From: a virus
Reading direction: 5' to 3' (one strand)
Length of the DNA: 64,000 nt
IMG/VR virus record: IMGVR_UViG_3300042542_005394
Location: 1-64,000 of that record
Shown here: one piece after another, positions 27,710-38,434 of the stretch
How the letters are laid out: the number at the start of each line of letters is the position of its first letter
Position numbering within the stretch: position 1 is the first letter of the stretch
Notes under the pieces: generated by a model
Databases searched by the model: none
The model's input: the letters and a program-made list of their open reading frames with translations, nothing else
Told to the model about the DNA's origin: nothing
Position numbers and translations under genes: made by a program

Positions 27710-30700
27710 ATGGGTTGTTGCAATATATATAATAAATCATTTATTATTGATGCTAATTTAGACAAAGCAACTGTAGACATATCCAAATTAAAAGATCTTG
27801 TACCAGCTTACTCCGAAGCCATTAGTGGCATATGGAGACCTATTGTAATACAATCTAGTAATAGCACCTTAAATAAGGTTGATTTTTTAAGACAGGCTGG
27901 GGATTCTACTGCTATTTTTCCATTTAACCCATTGAATTGTCAAAGTCCTTCAGCTCAGTCGTATTCTGCTCTTGTAGAGACCGGTTTATTTGATTGTGAT
28001 TATTGTAATAAAATGTCTCCAATAGATTATCAATCATCTTGGTATCTTAAAGATTCAGAAGGAAATTTTAGACAAGCTTTGGATCAACAAGGTAATCCTT
28101 ATAAGTATCAATTCGTCTCGGACTGTTGCACAGGAGCTTGTGATACCAGAGTTAGGCCAGATGATTTTATCCCTAAAATACCTGTACTAAATCAAAATTA
28201 TCTAAATAAATTTTATGATTTTAAATATCTTAGTCAATTCCCGGCTTCTACCAATGCTGGACTTGGATTTAATGAATTTATAAAGATAATTGGTTCGGAT
28301 ATGTCGAGTTTCAGTAGTAGTCCTGATCTGGTCATAGATTGGAGAATCAAAGACACTATATCAGAAATACCATACGATAAGCTTCAGTCTCAGTATGACA
28401 ATATTGATCAACACAACAAAGCTTTCAGAAAATCAAAACTTGTTTCCAAAACATGCGGCAATTTTATCCTAACCAAAGTAAATCCATTATACACTGGTAT
28501 TTTGCCATCTTATAGCTCTTTTAGCGGTTTGATTGGAAACGACGACCAATCTACAGTATCGAAAGATATTAAGCAGCTAGCGCCTGCGATAGAAGATTTT
28601 ACTGCTCCATATGGTTTTGAACGAATGACATATAATAATATTTTTATCAAAACAAAAAAATTAGCATCTCATTGGAAATGGAATTATGATTCTGGTGTTT
28701 TATGTTGGTATCGACACTATAATACTGGTTTAGTTAACGACACACGACCAATTAGCGGTGTTGATATTTATATCTCTCCAGGAGATGTTTTTTATGCTAA
28801 GAATCAAGGACCAGAACCGCCACCCGTAGCTTTTCCAGAAAACGCCACCAATATTATCAAACCTTGTCCATCTGGAATAAAAGTTATAGAAAGCGGAGCA
28901 ATATCTTGTGTTATTCCTAGCGATTCATCATTTACATATATATCAACAAATTTATATCCTAGATTCATAGAAATTTTTAATAAATTAACGTCAGCAGCTA
29001 GAACAGACGAAAATAATATATCTATGAAACAAAAATTTGAGCTAGCGGCGTTATTGTGCACAGCACCAGAATACGATGATATAACGGTAGACTTAACATC
29101 CCGTAATCCAAGCTATAAATATAGTATTAATCCATATTTTCAGATAGATACTTTAAACAAAGATATGCTTAAAGGCACAACATATGGATCCGTTGGTAAA
29201 TTAAATTATATAAAAAATAAAATTGATCTTATTAATACTTTGGCTGATAAATACGGAGCTTATCTATGGTGCCCTCCCAACACAACCAAAACCATAACAT
29301 TAAAAGATAATATCAAATCTCAGTGTTCCATAAACTTAGATTTCGATACTGTGACATTATCTAATAATACTATATTCTCCAATACTAACTGTTCGCCAAC
29401 AACGGACTGTACTCAGAATACTCCTAGTAAAATTTTTGCATATGCGCAAAAGTTTACTGTTGGGCAAAGTTCGCTAGATTTAAGGTTAAATACCAGAACC
29501 AGATACAAAGTTAAGTGTAGCGAAAACTCGAATATTAAAACAGGCTCAGCTAGGGTTGCTGGATTATATCTAAATAATACTTTATTAAAAGAAACTATAT
29601 ATGATAGTGGATGTTATGTTTTTCAAGATAATTATCCTAGAATTTTAACAGAAGACACCCCAATTGATTCATGCTGTAATAGTAGTAAGACAGATTGTAG
29701 TAATTGCGATTCTGATAGTACATATAATCTTGTTGGAGGAGCCGTTAAGCTGTGCCAACCCTATCAGGGTAATTTAAGCTTTTGTGACGCTCCTTCCGCA
29801 ACCTTCTACAATAATAGCGAAGGATTGGTGGTCGGTACGAGGCCAGCGAGACAAATATTAAATAATACTCTATATCTGAAGAGATCTTATCCCGCCATAG
29901 CTTTTAATCCTCATATTGACAACGTAGCTTTCCATCATCAAGGAGGAGTATATTATTCAAACACTCTTTTAGGTTCTCTAAGCGGTAATACTGTATTTAG
30001 TAAAAATATAGATAGTTTATTTGACGATACCGGAGAAGGGTCTGTTAATATAGAGTTCACTACTAGAGACGTTGGAATTAAAATATATGCTTTATCCATA
30101 GAAAAACTAAGAAAAGATACATCTGATTCTTATAATTGCAGAGGATTTCCGATAAAAGACAAATGTCAATGTTTTGGATTAAGTACAATATCTAATTTTC
30201 CTTATACTTGCAACGATGGCGCAGCTATCACGTTCACTAATAGTCCCCATACTTTATTTACTCCAAATATTTCTACAACTTATAGTCCTAAAATAAAAGC
30301 ATATGGTGGTTATAAAGAATCTAAAATTAATGAAATGTTTGGCGGTGGAGATATAGTAAATAATATTAAAGTACTAAAAAAAGAAATAGAAGATCTAAAT
30401 AAAGCTATAGATTTTCTAGAATTATCCGATTTAAGTTTTGATACTAATGGTATTAGTATTGATACATTAAGATTGCAAAGAACAACTAAAAGTGGAGAAA
30501 TTGATAACTTAAATGTTTCTTTGGCAGAATATCGTATTCCAAATCATCCAGATCCAGAAACAGAACTAGACTCATTGGATCGATACATAGATCCCTTAAA
30601 TCCATATGGAAATGAAAAATCTGTAACTATTAATTTAAATAATTATGTAACTACTGATTATACGGTTCAGTTACCAGCATATGATACCTCTCATTCTGAT

Positions 30701-33700
30701 ATATGGGCAAAAGTTTCAGAAAATGTTGACTTTACCTTGCAAAGATATACAACAAAAGTTGTGCTGAATAACGATACTACAGTTTATGATCAACAAAAAA
30801 AAGCTCTTTCTATTTCTAGCAATAGTCCATCTATTAGTGTTAAATTATCTAATCCATATCTAGAAGCATTACTAGGAGGAGAAAACATACTATATCCTCC
30901 TATAAATTCATTATGTAATCCATATCGTCAGATCGATCCCTTTGTTCCTGTGGCTACTAATTTTGGGTCTAGGGGAGACGAAATTAGCTCTGTTGCTATT
31001 ACTTTTTCTAGAATACCACGTAAACAACTACTAACTTTTTATAACAGACCTTTTCAAGCGATGGGTACTCTTAAAAAAGGATTTTTTCATCCAAACAGCG
31101 GCTTAATAGATCGAAATACATCTGACCCACCCTTAACTCCACTATATACAGATAGCGGAAACAGAATTTATATCAATTATGATCAAAATTTATTTGATAA
31201 TAATAATTCTTTTCTATCTAGTGGTATTGTTTACTATAGTGAAATGAACCCCAATGTACAAAGGGTTATAAATCAAATAGGTCAATTTTCTAATCATAGA
31301 AAAGCTAGACTGTACTTACAAATTAATAATTTATGGTACGAGTATAATACTCCAAATTTATTTGGATTTTATAATCAAGATACTTTAAACATAGGAAAAC
31401 CATTTATATTTGAGTATTTGGATAAAGAAATAAACCAATCCTGCATAGGCCCATGCCTTCCCACTACTGCTAAAAAATTTATAGATTTTAATTTTATATA
31501 CAATTATGATGATAAAAAAAGTAAAATTCCTATTTATTATCAACGACCATTAGTATATAAGAACACAAATAGGCCCAAAATATTAAAAATAGATGGTACT
31601 AGAACATATTTTTTTGTTAAAGAAATAGATAATGCTAGAGTGTCTTTAGCAAATTCAATTGCCAATTTGTCGGAGGATGATCAGGACGCCATTTCTCCTG
31701 AAAATCCCGAGGTTGTGTTATCTACAGGAGAAAGATTTAGGTATATTAGTGGAACAAAAAATGACAAAAAATCATATGTGATTTCAGACTATAATTATTT
31801 ATATCATAACTTTAGTGACTTATATATAGATTACAATTTAAAAAATAACACTAATTATGTTTTCAATACTCATAAAACGTGTAATCAAAAAATAAAAATT
31901 ATAGATGCAGAAAAAGCATCTCGCACTTACGAAGCAAGAATCACTAAAAAAAGATTGTATGCTGTATATACTGATAAGTATGGCAATAAATTATCGTTTA
32001 ATGATAAAACATTTAAAAAATACTTAAAAACATATACTCAATTTGAATTGGACACGCCACTTAGATACGATAAGGCTTACATAGACTTTTCTTGTTTATA
32101 TAATGATTTTAGTAATACTGAAGGTATTGACTCTTTCATCATCTTTAGAAATTTAAAAGAAAATCAAGCACTTAAAAAAGAAAATGACTATATATTATAT
32201 AATAATAATATAGAAACAAAATGGGGAGATTTAATAGATTACGATGGAAATTACCTAAATGAATTAACAAAATATTTTATAGATAAAAATTATCTATACA
32301 ATGTATATCCTTCTTCGCTGTATGGTAACAATTTTTATAAGATTATTGTTAATAATGGAAATTATACGAGGCATCGCTTTAAGGTTAGTGGTACTGAAGG
32401 AATAATTAACTTTGATTTAGAAGATAATGTATATTACAACATACATCAAAAATATAACGTTGATTATGGCTCGTATCATACTGAATATACTTATCAAGAT
32501 TATAACAATTATTTACCATATATGGATATCAATATTTTGCCAACTGGCAATGATATTAATACTAGTAGAGGTTTATTAACAGATAATGGCAGACTTGCTA
32601 ATACGGTAGGTCAAGAGAAAATTTATTCGGGCATAATGAATATTAGTGGAATGCACAAATACTTGGACGATAGTCATGTTTGGGGAGAATACAAAAAACC
32701 ACAAGAAGGTAAATATTTCTGGATCAATTTAGATATTAATTTATCAGGGTTTAAATCTGCTTTATCTCCTGTAAAAGGTTTTTACTCTGATTCTATGAGG
32801 GTGGATCATCCAGTTTTTATATTGGATTCGACAAATTATTCAATAACAACTAATAGTGCAACATGTAGACAAACATTTAATCCAAAGATTTCTTCTTCTA
32901 ACACCGTTTCTTTTAGTTCTAATACATTTAATTTTGATCATTTTAGCATAGTGAATACCGGGTCTTTATTTAATACTGCTAATATTTATTGTGATAGTGA
33001 TAATGTTGTTGGTTGCTCAAACAATGGTTGCGCTGGTCTTGGAGATGCGGGCACGGGCACATATAGTGGGAATTACTCCTTTTATATGCATAAAACCATA
33101 GCAACACCAACTAATATTAATAATATTCCATATATTGTATCTTATGATGCTGGTTTATACAACACTATTGGTAGTAGCGGAGTACCATATATACAAAGAC
33201 ATGAGCTTAAGGCAAAAAATCCATTATTTCCTGTTAGCTTGTGTGATTCTGATATAGGACCCAGACCGGCAAATTATAACGGAGCAATATTAAATGAAGA
33301 ATATCAATCAATACTAAAAGACAGTATATCTGTTATTCATTCTGATATAGTTGACAAAACAGATAAGATGGCAAATGAAATGCTATTTCGTTTAATATAT
33401 GGAGAACAACAAAAAATAAATTATGAAAGAATAGATAGTTCAAATAATCGTATATTTTTAGATGATTTATATAAATACACGCATCCAAGAACAGGTCCAA
33501 AAGATATATATAAAAACATTATTTATGATCTAGATATAACAGCCAACACCGACAAAAGAAAAATTAGCGGTTCTATCAATATAAATGGGGTTCTCGATCT
33601 AAATAAGATCGTATCTGTTACTATTAACGAGATAAACATTATACTAACTATACGAGAAGACCAAAATACTGGAAGTATAAATATAGTAGCAGAAGCTCCG

Positions 33701-34792
33701 GGATTACCAGGAGGTAAAATCACTTCTAAAATTTATGATACTAAAAACATTAGTAAAAACATTATTGTTTCTACTGGCCCCATTTCTGGACCTGGAATTT
33801 CTTTTGCTGCTGACTGCACAGAAAGGGGTCAGATAGATATTAATCTTACTAATGGAATAGAATATGCTGAACTTGAAGGAGTATCTAGTTGTAATAGAAC
33901 AGTAATTAAACCCTGTGATGAGAATGGTAATGGTGGAGAGTTAGGACCAACAGTAGGAACTGAGACAGCAATTTTTCCCAGATGGACGCCTGCTCAAAAC
34001 CCTGATAGTCTTCCGTTTCGTTGTAATAATTTTAATCCGACAGTAGCTTCAATAAGCGGGGTTTTTCAGGGGTCTTGTGTTTGTGGTGCATTAAATTGCA
34101 AAACAGGAAAAGCATCATTACCAAAAAATTTAGGAATATATTTTTATGGATATAATGGAAGCGCTGTAGAACTAAATCCACCTGGTATGATTCCAACAAA
34201 TAGAGGAGTTGGCCCAGTTAATGCTCCAAATAATTGTTTTGTAATTTCGCAAGAGACCGCAGAGATAGAGATAGAGGAAGGAGGCGATAATAGAGGATCT
34301 ATTCCTCCTTGGTATTGGCCTTGTTTTGTTTCAGAATATAATGCAAACTCTTATTTTCCTCATCAATTTGTTACTAGTTTGCTAACTTATGGTTTCTTTT
34401 ATGATACGGGTAGAATACAAGACATAGTACCAACAAAACTAATTGTCGATAAACCTCACGACTTAATTGCTCCAGGTTCTACAACTAACGATTGTGGAAT
34501 ATGTTATAGTATAGACTCAAAAGATCCATTAACAGGAAAAAATAGATACGACTCTATACCCATGGGAAGAGGCTATCCACCATCTCCAACTTCAACATCA
34601 GACGCTTGTGAATGTGAAAATTTTACTTATGGATATTGTAGGAATTCGGATAATGCAGCTGAATGCGTATGCAAGTCACTGACATATGATTATACAGAAT
34701 TCCCTTATACTTTTGAATACTGTAAACATTCGATAACTCTTAAAGGCCATAAGAGAAGAATAACGGGTAAAGTTAGTCCTGATGGTAATTGA
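27710..34792 (+). CDS. Giant Cys/Asn-rich putative virion protein
   Basis: Long ORF (track start 27635). The ATG at 27710 (MGCC...) lies just after the upstream TAA and is the likelier start. Numerous Cys clusters. Confidence 0.55.
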   Translation: MGCCNIYNKSFIIDANLDKATVDISKLKDLVPAYSEAISGIWRPIVIQSSNSTLNKVDFLRQAGDSTAIFPFNPLNCQSPSAQSYSALVETGLFDCDYCNKMSPIDYQSSWYLKDSEGNFRQALDQQGNPYKYQFVSDCCTGACDTRVRPDDFIPKIPVLNQNYLNKFYDFKYLSQFPASTNAGLGFNEFIKIIGSDMSSFSSSPDLVIDWRIKDTISEIPYDKLQSQYDNIDQHNKAFRKSKLVSKTCGNFILTKVNPLYTGILPSYSSFSGLIGNDDQSTVSKDIKQLAPAIEDFTAPYGFERMTYNNIFIKTKKLASHWKWNYDSGVLCWYRHYNTGLVNDTRPISGVDIYISPGDVFYAKNQGPEPPPVAFPENATNIIKPCPSGIKVIESGAISCVIPSDSSFTYISTNLYPRFIEIFNKLTSAARTDENNISMKQKFELAALLCTAPEYDDITVDLTSRNPSYKYSINPYFQIDTLNKDMLKGTTYGSVGKLNYIKNKIDLINTLADKYGAYLWCPPNTTKTITLKDNIKSQCSINLDFDTVTLSNNTIFSNTNCSPTTDCTQNTPSKIFAYAQKFTVGQSSLDLRLNTRTRYKVKCSENSNIKTGSARVAGLYLNNTLLKETIYDSGCYVFQDNYPRILTEDTPIDSCCNSSKTDCSNCDSDSTYNLVGGAVKLCQPYQGNLSFCDAPSATFYNNSEGLVVGTRPARQILNNTLYLKRSYPAIAFNPHIDNVAFHHQGGVYYSNTLLGSLSGNTVFSKNIDSLFDDTGEGSVNIEFTTRDVGIKIYALSIEKLRKDTSDSYNCRGFPIKDKCQCFGLSTISNFPYTCNDGAAITFTNSPHTLFTPNISTTYSPKIKAYGGYKESKINEMFGGGDIVNNIKVLKKEIEDLNKAIDFLELSDLSFDTNGISIDTLRLQRTTKSGEIDNLNVSLAEYRIPNHPDPETELDSLDRYIDPLNPYGNEKSVTINLNNYVTTDYTVQLPAYDTSHSDIWAKVSENVDFTLQRYTTKVVLNNDTTVYDQQKKALSISSNSPSISVKLSNPYLEALLGGENILYPPINSLCNPYRQIDPFVPVATNFGSRGDEISSVAITFSRIPRKQLLTFYNRPFQAMGTLKKGFFHPNSGLIDRNTSDPPLTPLYTDSGNRIYINYDQNLFDNNNSFLSSGIVYYSEMNPNVQRVINQIGQFSNHRKARLYLQINNLWYEYNTPNLFGFYNQDTLNIGKPFIFEYLDKEINQSCIGPCLPTTAKKFIDFNFIYNYDDKKSKIPIYYQRPLVYKNTNRPKILKIDGTRTYFFVKEIDNARVSLANSIANLSEDDQDAISPENPEVVLSTGERFRYISGTKNDKKSYVISDYNYLYHNFSDLYIDYNLKNNTNYVFNTHKTCNQKIKIIDAEKASRTYEARITKKRLYAVYTDKYGNKLSFNDKTFKKYLKTYTQFELDTPLRYDKAYIDFSCLYNDFSNTEGIDSFIIFRNLKENQALKKENDYILYNNNIETKWGDLIDYDGNYLNELTKYFIDKNYLYNVYPSSLYGNNFYKIIVNNGNYTRHRFKVSGTEGIINFDLEDNVYYNIHQKYNVDYGSYHTEYTYQDYNNYLPYMDINILPTGNDINTSRGLLTDNGRLANTVGQEKIYSGIMNISGMHKYLDDSHVWGEYKKPQEGKYFWINLDINLSGFKSALSPVKGFYSDSMRVDHPVFILDSTNYSITTNSATCRQTFNPKISSSNTVSFSSNTFNFDHFSIVNTGSLFNTANIYCDSDNVVGCSNNGCAGLGDAGTGTYSGNYSFYMHKTIATPTNINNIPYIVSYDAGLYNTIGSSGVPYIQRHELKAKNPLFPVSLCDSDIGPRPANYNGAILNEEYQSILKDSISVIHSDIVDKTDKMANEMLFRLIYGEQQKINYERIDSSNNRIFLDDLYKYTHPRTGPKDIYKNIIYDLDITANTDKRKISGSININGVLDLNKIVSVTINEINIILTIREDQNTGSINIVAEAPGLPGGKITSKIYDTKNISKNIIVSTGPISGPGISFAADCTERGQIDINLTNGIEYAELEGVSSCNRTVIKPCDENGNGGELGPTVGTETAIFPRWTPAQNPDSLPFRCNNFNPTVASISGVFQGSCVCGALNCKTGKASLPKNLGIYFYGYNGSAVELNPPGMIPTNRGVGPVNAPNNCFVISQETAEIEIEEGGDNRGSIPPWYWPCFVSEYNANSYFPHQFVTSLLTYGFFYDTGRIQDIVPTKLIVDKPHDLIAPGSTTNDCGICYSIDSKDPLTGKNRYDSIPMGRGYPPSPTSTSDACECENFTYGYCRNSDNAAECVCKSLTYDYTEFPYTFEYCKHSITLKGHKRRITGKVSPDGN

Positions 34793-34821
34793 TATAAAAA
34801 ACTATTTTAGGAAATAAAATA

Positions 34822-35943
34822 ATGACCTTAAAATTAAATATGCAAGAAAAATGCTTGTGGTATTATTGTGAGACTTCTCAGTCCAAAACATATAAAATAT
34901 ATAATTCTACCACTGTTACTAATAATCCACCATATAAAGCTTCTTGTTCTAAAACATTATGTAACATAACATATGACAACAATAGAATCACCATAACACT
35001 AGGAGGAGAAGGAACTAAGGGATGTATTCTTGAAGAAGAATTTATTAAAGGAGATTGTCCTTCAATAACAGTAACGGTACCGGATGATACATTTTCTGTG
35101 GTGGATTCTATTAATAGCGAATGTGATATGGACAATATAAAACCCAATAGAGCAGATATCAATGACCTTGAACCCTCGTGGGATATAGTAACAGAAAATA
35201 GGATTTGTGTATTAGGGTATTTAGTATATGACGGTAATAAAAATGTTGACGGGCCAGTAGGGGATATTGGTGGTTCTGCGGGCATACCCTGTGGTAGATG
35301 TAATGTCGCCTGTGATGGATTTGCTGGTGTTGCTGGTGTAGCATCTCCTATTGGTAACTGCGGAAAGTCTGGAGATGATTCTCGTCCATGGACCACATAT
35401 ATTGGCAATACTAGAGTTATTTTTCCTCTAGCTACTTCTAATGAACAAACTAAAGAGTACTTATACAGAGAATGGGAAAGTAATATGAAGCAAATATATA
35501 ATAATATTGCGGCTTGTAAAAACAGAATACCAGAAGATATCGCTAATCCGTATATCGACAGAACATATAATGTAAATGATATTGTAGAAGGAATAGTGCC
35601 AGGTACCTGCTCATTTAATGTTGGCTCAATAGATTATCCTGCTATATCTTTTAGGGCCCCTAACTCTAGAACAGACAGCACTGTATCTGTTAAGGTGGCA
35701 TACTATAGCTATAGTTATAGAAGACCAAAAAATATACAAGATATTTTAAAAGATAATGCTGTAGAAGGAAGTTCTAAAAAATGCAATGAAAGAGCTTCTC
35801 AGTGTAATGTTACTGTTCCTAAAATTACATCTAGCTACGATACTCCCACTTGCACAGATACTCCTAATTGTTATGATACTAATATAAACAAATGTTCGTC
35901 TTCAGATTATTGTTGTCAAACTAATAAAATATCATATCTGTAA
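34822..35943 (+). CDS. Cys-rich hypothetical protein
   Basis: 373 aa; composition resembles the C-terminus of the preceding protein (e.g. PCGRCNVACDG, KCSSSDYCC). Confidence 0.55.
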   Translation: MTLKLNMQEKCLWYYCETSQSKTYKIYNSTTVTNNPPYKASCSKTLCNITYDNNRITITLGGEGTKGCILEEEFIKGDCPSITVTVPDDTFSVVDSINSECDMDNIKPNRADINDLEPSWDIVTENRICVLGYLVYDGNKNVDGPVGDIGGSAGIPCGRCNVACDGFAGVAGVASPIGNCGKSGDDSRPWTTYIGNTRVIFPLATSNEQTKEYLYREWESNMKQIYNNIAACKNRIPEDIANPYIDRTYNVNDIVEGIVPGTCSFNVGSIDYPAISFRAPNSRTDSTVSVKVAYYSYSYRRPKNIQDILKDNAVEGSSKKCNERASQCNVTVPKITSSYDTPTCTDTPNCYDTNINKCSSSDYCCQTNKISYL

Positions 35944-35945
35944 AA

Positions 35946-36440
35946 ATGATAAATTCTACATATTGCGATCTAAAGCCTTTACACACATTTTTTAATAATA
36001 AACCATTATATCAATGTAGTTACTGTAGCTTGACTGTAGCTCTAGATAATGCCGACACTCAGATACTATGTTTCAAAAAAATGGAAGACATATCCAGAAC
36101 TATTAATAGTAGTCATACTGGCAATAATACGACTAATATATTCCATGTAGATATAAATTCATCTCTTGGAGATACTGTCTTAGCCAAGATACAGCAAGAT
36201 ACAGAACAGTTAGAAAAAGAAGAAATTGAAAAATATCAGGACCTTAATAGATCGGATAATTTATGTTCATCAGAACAAATAGAGCAAAGATTGGCAATAT
36301 GCAATACTTGTGAGTATTTTAAGAATAATTCTTGCTTACTGTGTGGATGTACTATTATAAGAGAAGCTAATTATCAGAATAAACTAGCGCATAAAGATCA
36401 AAAATGCCCAGCAGATAAATGGGGGATTATAACGGATTAA
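35946..36440 (+). CDS. Cys-rich metal-binding protein, DUF6171-like C-terminus
   Basis: RLAICNTCEYF-x4-CLLCGC...KCPADKW pattern, plus an N-terminal CSYC. Confidence 0.6.
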   Translation: MINSTYCDLKPLHTFFNNKPLYQCSYCSLTVALDNADTQILCFKKMEDISRTINSSHTGNNTTNIFHVDINSSLGDTVLAKIQQDTEQLEKEEIEKYQDLNRSDNLCSSEQIEQRLAICNTCEYFKNNSCLLCGCTIIREANYQNKLAHKDQKCPADKWGIITD

Positions 36441-37441
36441 TTTGGGTATTTAAATCTAGCAATCTCTTGAGGTGATTGATACAGCACCGCAATGCATCTT
36501 ATCTCTTCAAATTTATCACCTATCTTAAATCTAGCGATTACTGGTACTTTATTGTTTCCTGACCAGGATCTAAAAAAATGGATATATACGACAAAAAAAC
36601 CTTTAGGAGTAGAGCCCTTTTGCCAGAAAATATTCTCCACTGGGGAGTTTGTTAGCATACCAGAATTAGCATTTCTGTCTATATCCAACATCCCAGCAGA
36701 CAGTCGTCCTACTCTATTTGTCCAGTTTATATTGTCTATCAAACCATTACCTGGAGTATATGTGATATGCAAATCAATATCGTCTATGGTACTCCACATT
36801 ATAGATATTTGTACATCACCAGTCTTAGCTCCAGCCTCAGACAATCTTCTACCAAACTCATCATTCCCATTTGCTCCGCCCCTACCATTTGACGATAAAT
36901 CATTAGTTGTTTTTCTATTTGTTATAGAGCCAGAAAGGTCTTTTATAATACTATTAAGATCTGTTTCTTGCTTTTCCTCACTAGAAAACTCATTTTCATT
37001 CTCAGTATCGGAAGCAGTTACTAATTTTTTAATCAGATCTTTAGTATCGAAATCAGTATATTTTTCTGATGATTGATTTTCTATAACATCATTAATATCG
37101 GCAATATTAGTATCTGAAACGAAATCCACTCTATTGTCAATTTGAATTTTTTCGAAATCAGCTAATTCTTTATCAGTTATTGGAATAGATTCTGCAATTG
37201 TTGGCAAAAGCACATTTGTAAAAATCTCGCTTTCTGCCTCCGAAGAGTTGAATGCCAATGATATTTTAATTGGCTTATGTTTTGGCTCATCGAAAACTAC
37301 GAGAGACATTAATAATAATAATGTAGTATGGAATGCCATACTATGAGCAAAGCCAGAGTCATGTATATAGACACAAAACCAATCAAATGCGTCACAAACT
37401 AACTTTGTTTTTCCAAGGTATTTTTTTGCCATTTGTGCCAA
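36437..37441 (-). CDS. Membrane-anchored YfaP/DUF2135-like protein
   Basis: N-terminal hydrophobic SMAFHTTLLLLMSLVVF, an acidic linker, then GDVQISIMW...DIDLHI...LDIDRN...PVENIFW. Start position uncertain. Confidence 0.6.
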   Translation of the reverse strand: MAQMAKKYLGKTKLVCDAFDWFCVYIHDSGFAHSMAFHTTLLLLMSLVVFDEPKHKPIKISLAFNSSEAESEIFTNVLLPTIAESIPITDKELADFEKIQIDNRVDFVSDTNIADINDVIENQSSEKYTDFDTKDLIKKLVTASDTENENEFSSEEKQETDLNSIIKDLSGSITNRKTTNDLSSNGRGGANGNDEFGRRLSEAGAKTGDVQISIMWSTIDDIDLHITYTPGNGLIDNINWTNRVGRLSAGMLDIDRNANSGMLTNSPVENIFWQKGSTPKGFFVVYIHFFRSWSGNNKVPVIARFKIGDKFEEIRCIAVLYQSPQEIARFKYPN

Positions 37442-37734
37442 CCGTTATTTGGTAACCAATTATTTTCATCATCTTTTCTTTTGGGGAAAAGTGTGCCACC
37501 TTTTTTATGCTGACCAAATGCCAGCACCGCACCACAATCATTACATCTTAGCTCGTAGTAATCATTGCCTTCTACATTTCTAACAATAAATCTTAGATTA
37601 GTACTACCACACAAGCCACACTTCTCTTCGGAGAAAATTTCCTGTATGAGAGCTAGTTCTTTAAATATTTCTTTCTGTCCGGAACCCTCTAATTCAAATT
37701 GAAGCTTGTCACTAGCGCGATATGTTACTTTCAT
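37399..37734 (-). CDS. Zn-ribbon hypothetical protein
   Basis: 111 aa with CGLC and CNDC pairs. Confidence 0.6.
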   Translation of the reverse strand: MKVTYRASDKLQFELEGSGQKEIFKELALIQEIFSEEKCGLCGSTNLRFIVRNVEGNDYYELRCNDCGAVLAFGQHKKGGTLFPKRKDDENNWLPNNGWHKWQKNTLEKQS

Positions 37735-37737
37735 AAG

Positions 37738-38433
37738 TTATTTCCATTTATTATCATAGCCTATTAAATCTTGAGGTATATTTGACATATTTTGTTGATA
37801 CGATGTCAATTGCTGAATTACCTTAACAGCTTCCTCATGACTTATATTATAGACATTGGTTTCTTTTATGTCAAGCGATTTTATTAAAGAAACAGCATTA
37901 ATATTTAATCTTTGAGCAATTACATCAATAAAATTAATTTGATTTATACTAATCTTTGACACAGAATCGGCGTCAGGATGATCCTCGATATTTGCAGCCA
38001 GCTCCTCTGCCGCGACTACTTTGCGAAGTCTTAAAGCTCTTCTTAAAGCCCGACCTTCTGCTCTAGTTTCAGCCACAGCCACCGGGTAGTTACGATATAT
38101 CTTATCACAATTACCCCAAAAAACATCAGCAGCACCACTAACTGTCACAGCAATATCTGTTTGATTAACAAGATATACCAGAGTATGAACAACAGTGGCT
38201 CTTTTTTCATTTTCTGGAGATGGTGATTGGACAACATCACTAGTAGACTGGATCATTCTACAGTTAAGAGCCTTTTCTAGTACTCGACGCAAGCCATCTG
38301 TAGTAGGATTTCCAGATATTTTTTCATCATCGCCCAACATACTCAAAACATGATCAGTCCATCCTGGATCATTAGGAGTTACAGGTTTCTGTTCTTCTGT
38401 TTCTGCGACCGTCTCTTTCTTTTCCTTGACCAT
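37738..38433 (-). CDS. Putative ssDNA-annealing protein (Rad52/Sak/Red-beta-like)
   Basis: DGLRR and VAETRAEGRALRRAL motifs resemble SSAP families. ATG at 38433 is preceded by GAGGA. Confidence 0.45.
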   Translation of the reverse strand: MVKEKKETVAETEEQKPVTPNDPGWTDHVLSMLGDDEKISGNPTTDGLRRVLEKALNCRMIQSTSDVVQSPSPENEKRATVVHTLVYLVNQTDIAVTVSGAADVFWGNCDKIYRNYPVAVAETRAEGRALRRALRLRKVVAAEELAANIEDHPDADSVSKISINQINFIDVIAQRLNINAVSLIKSLDIKETNVYNISHEEAVKVIQQLTSYQQNMSNIPQDLIGYDNKWK

Positions 38434-38434
38434 T

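Noticed and set aside
34790-34822. Stop-codon reassignment or readthrough
   Set aside because: Reading through the TGA meets a TAG within a few codons, and genes elsewhere end normally at TAA, TGA and TAG with tight packing under the standard code.
327-35408. Short antisense and alternate-frame ORFs inside the plus-strand genes (e.g. 327-632, 13506-13856, 34878-35408)
   Set aside because: Fully nested shadows of long genes with no recognisable motifs.
36437-36440. Convergent genes sharing a TTAA stop overlap
   Set aside because: Real but ordinary genome compaction; no terminator hairpin seen.
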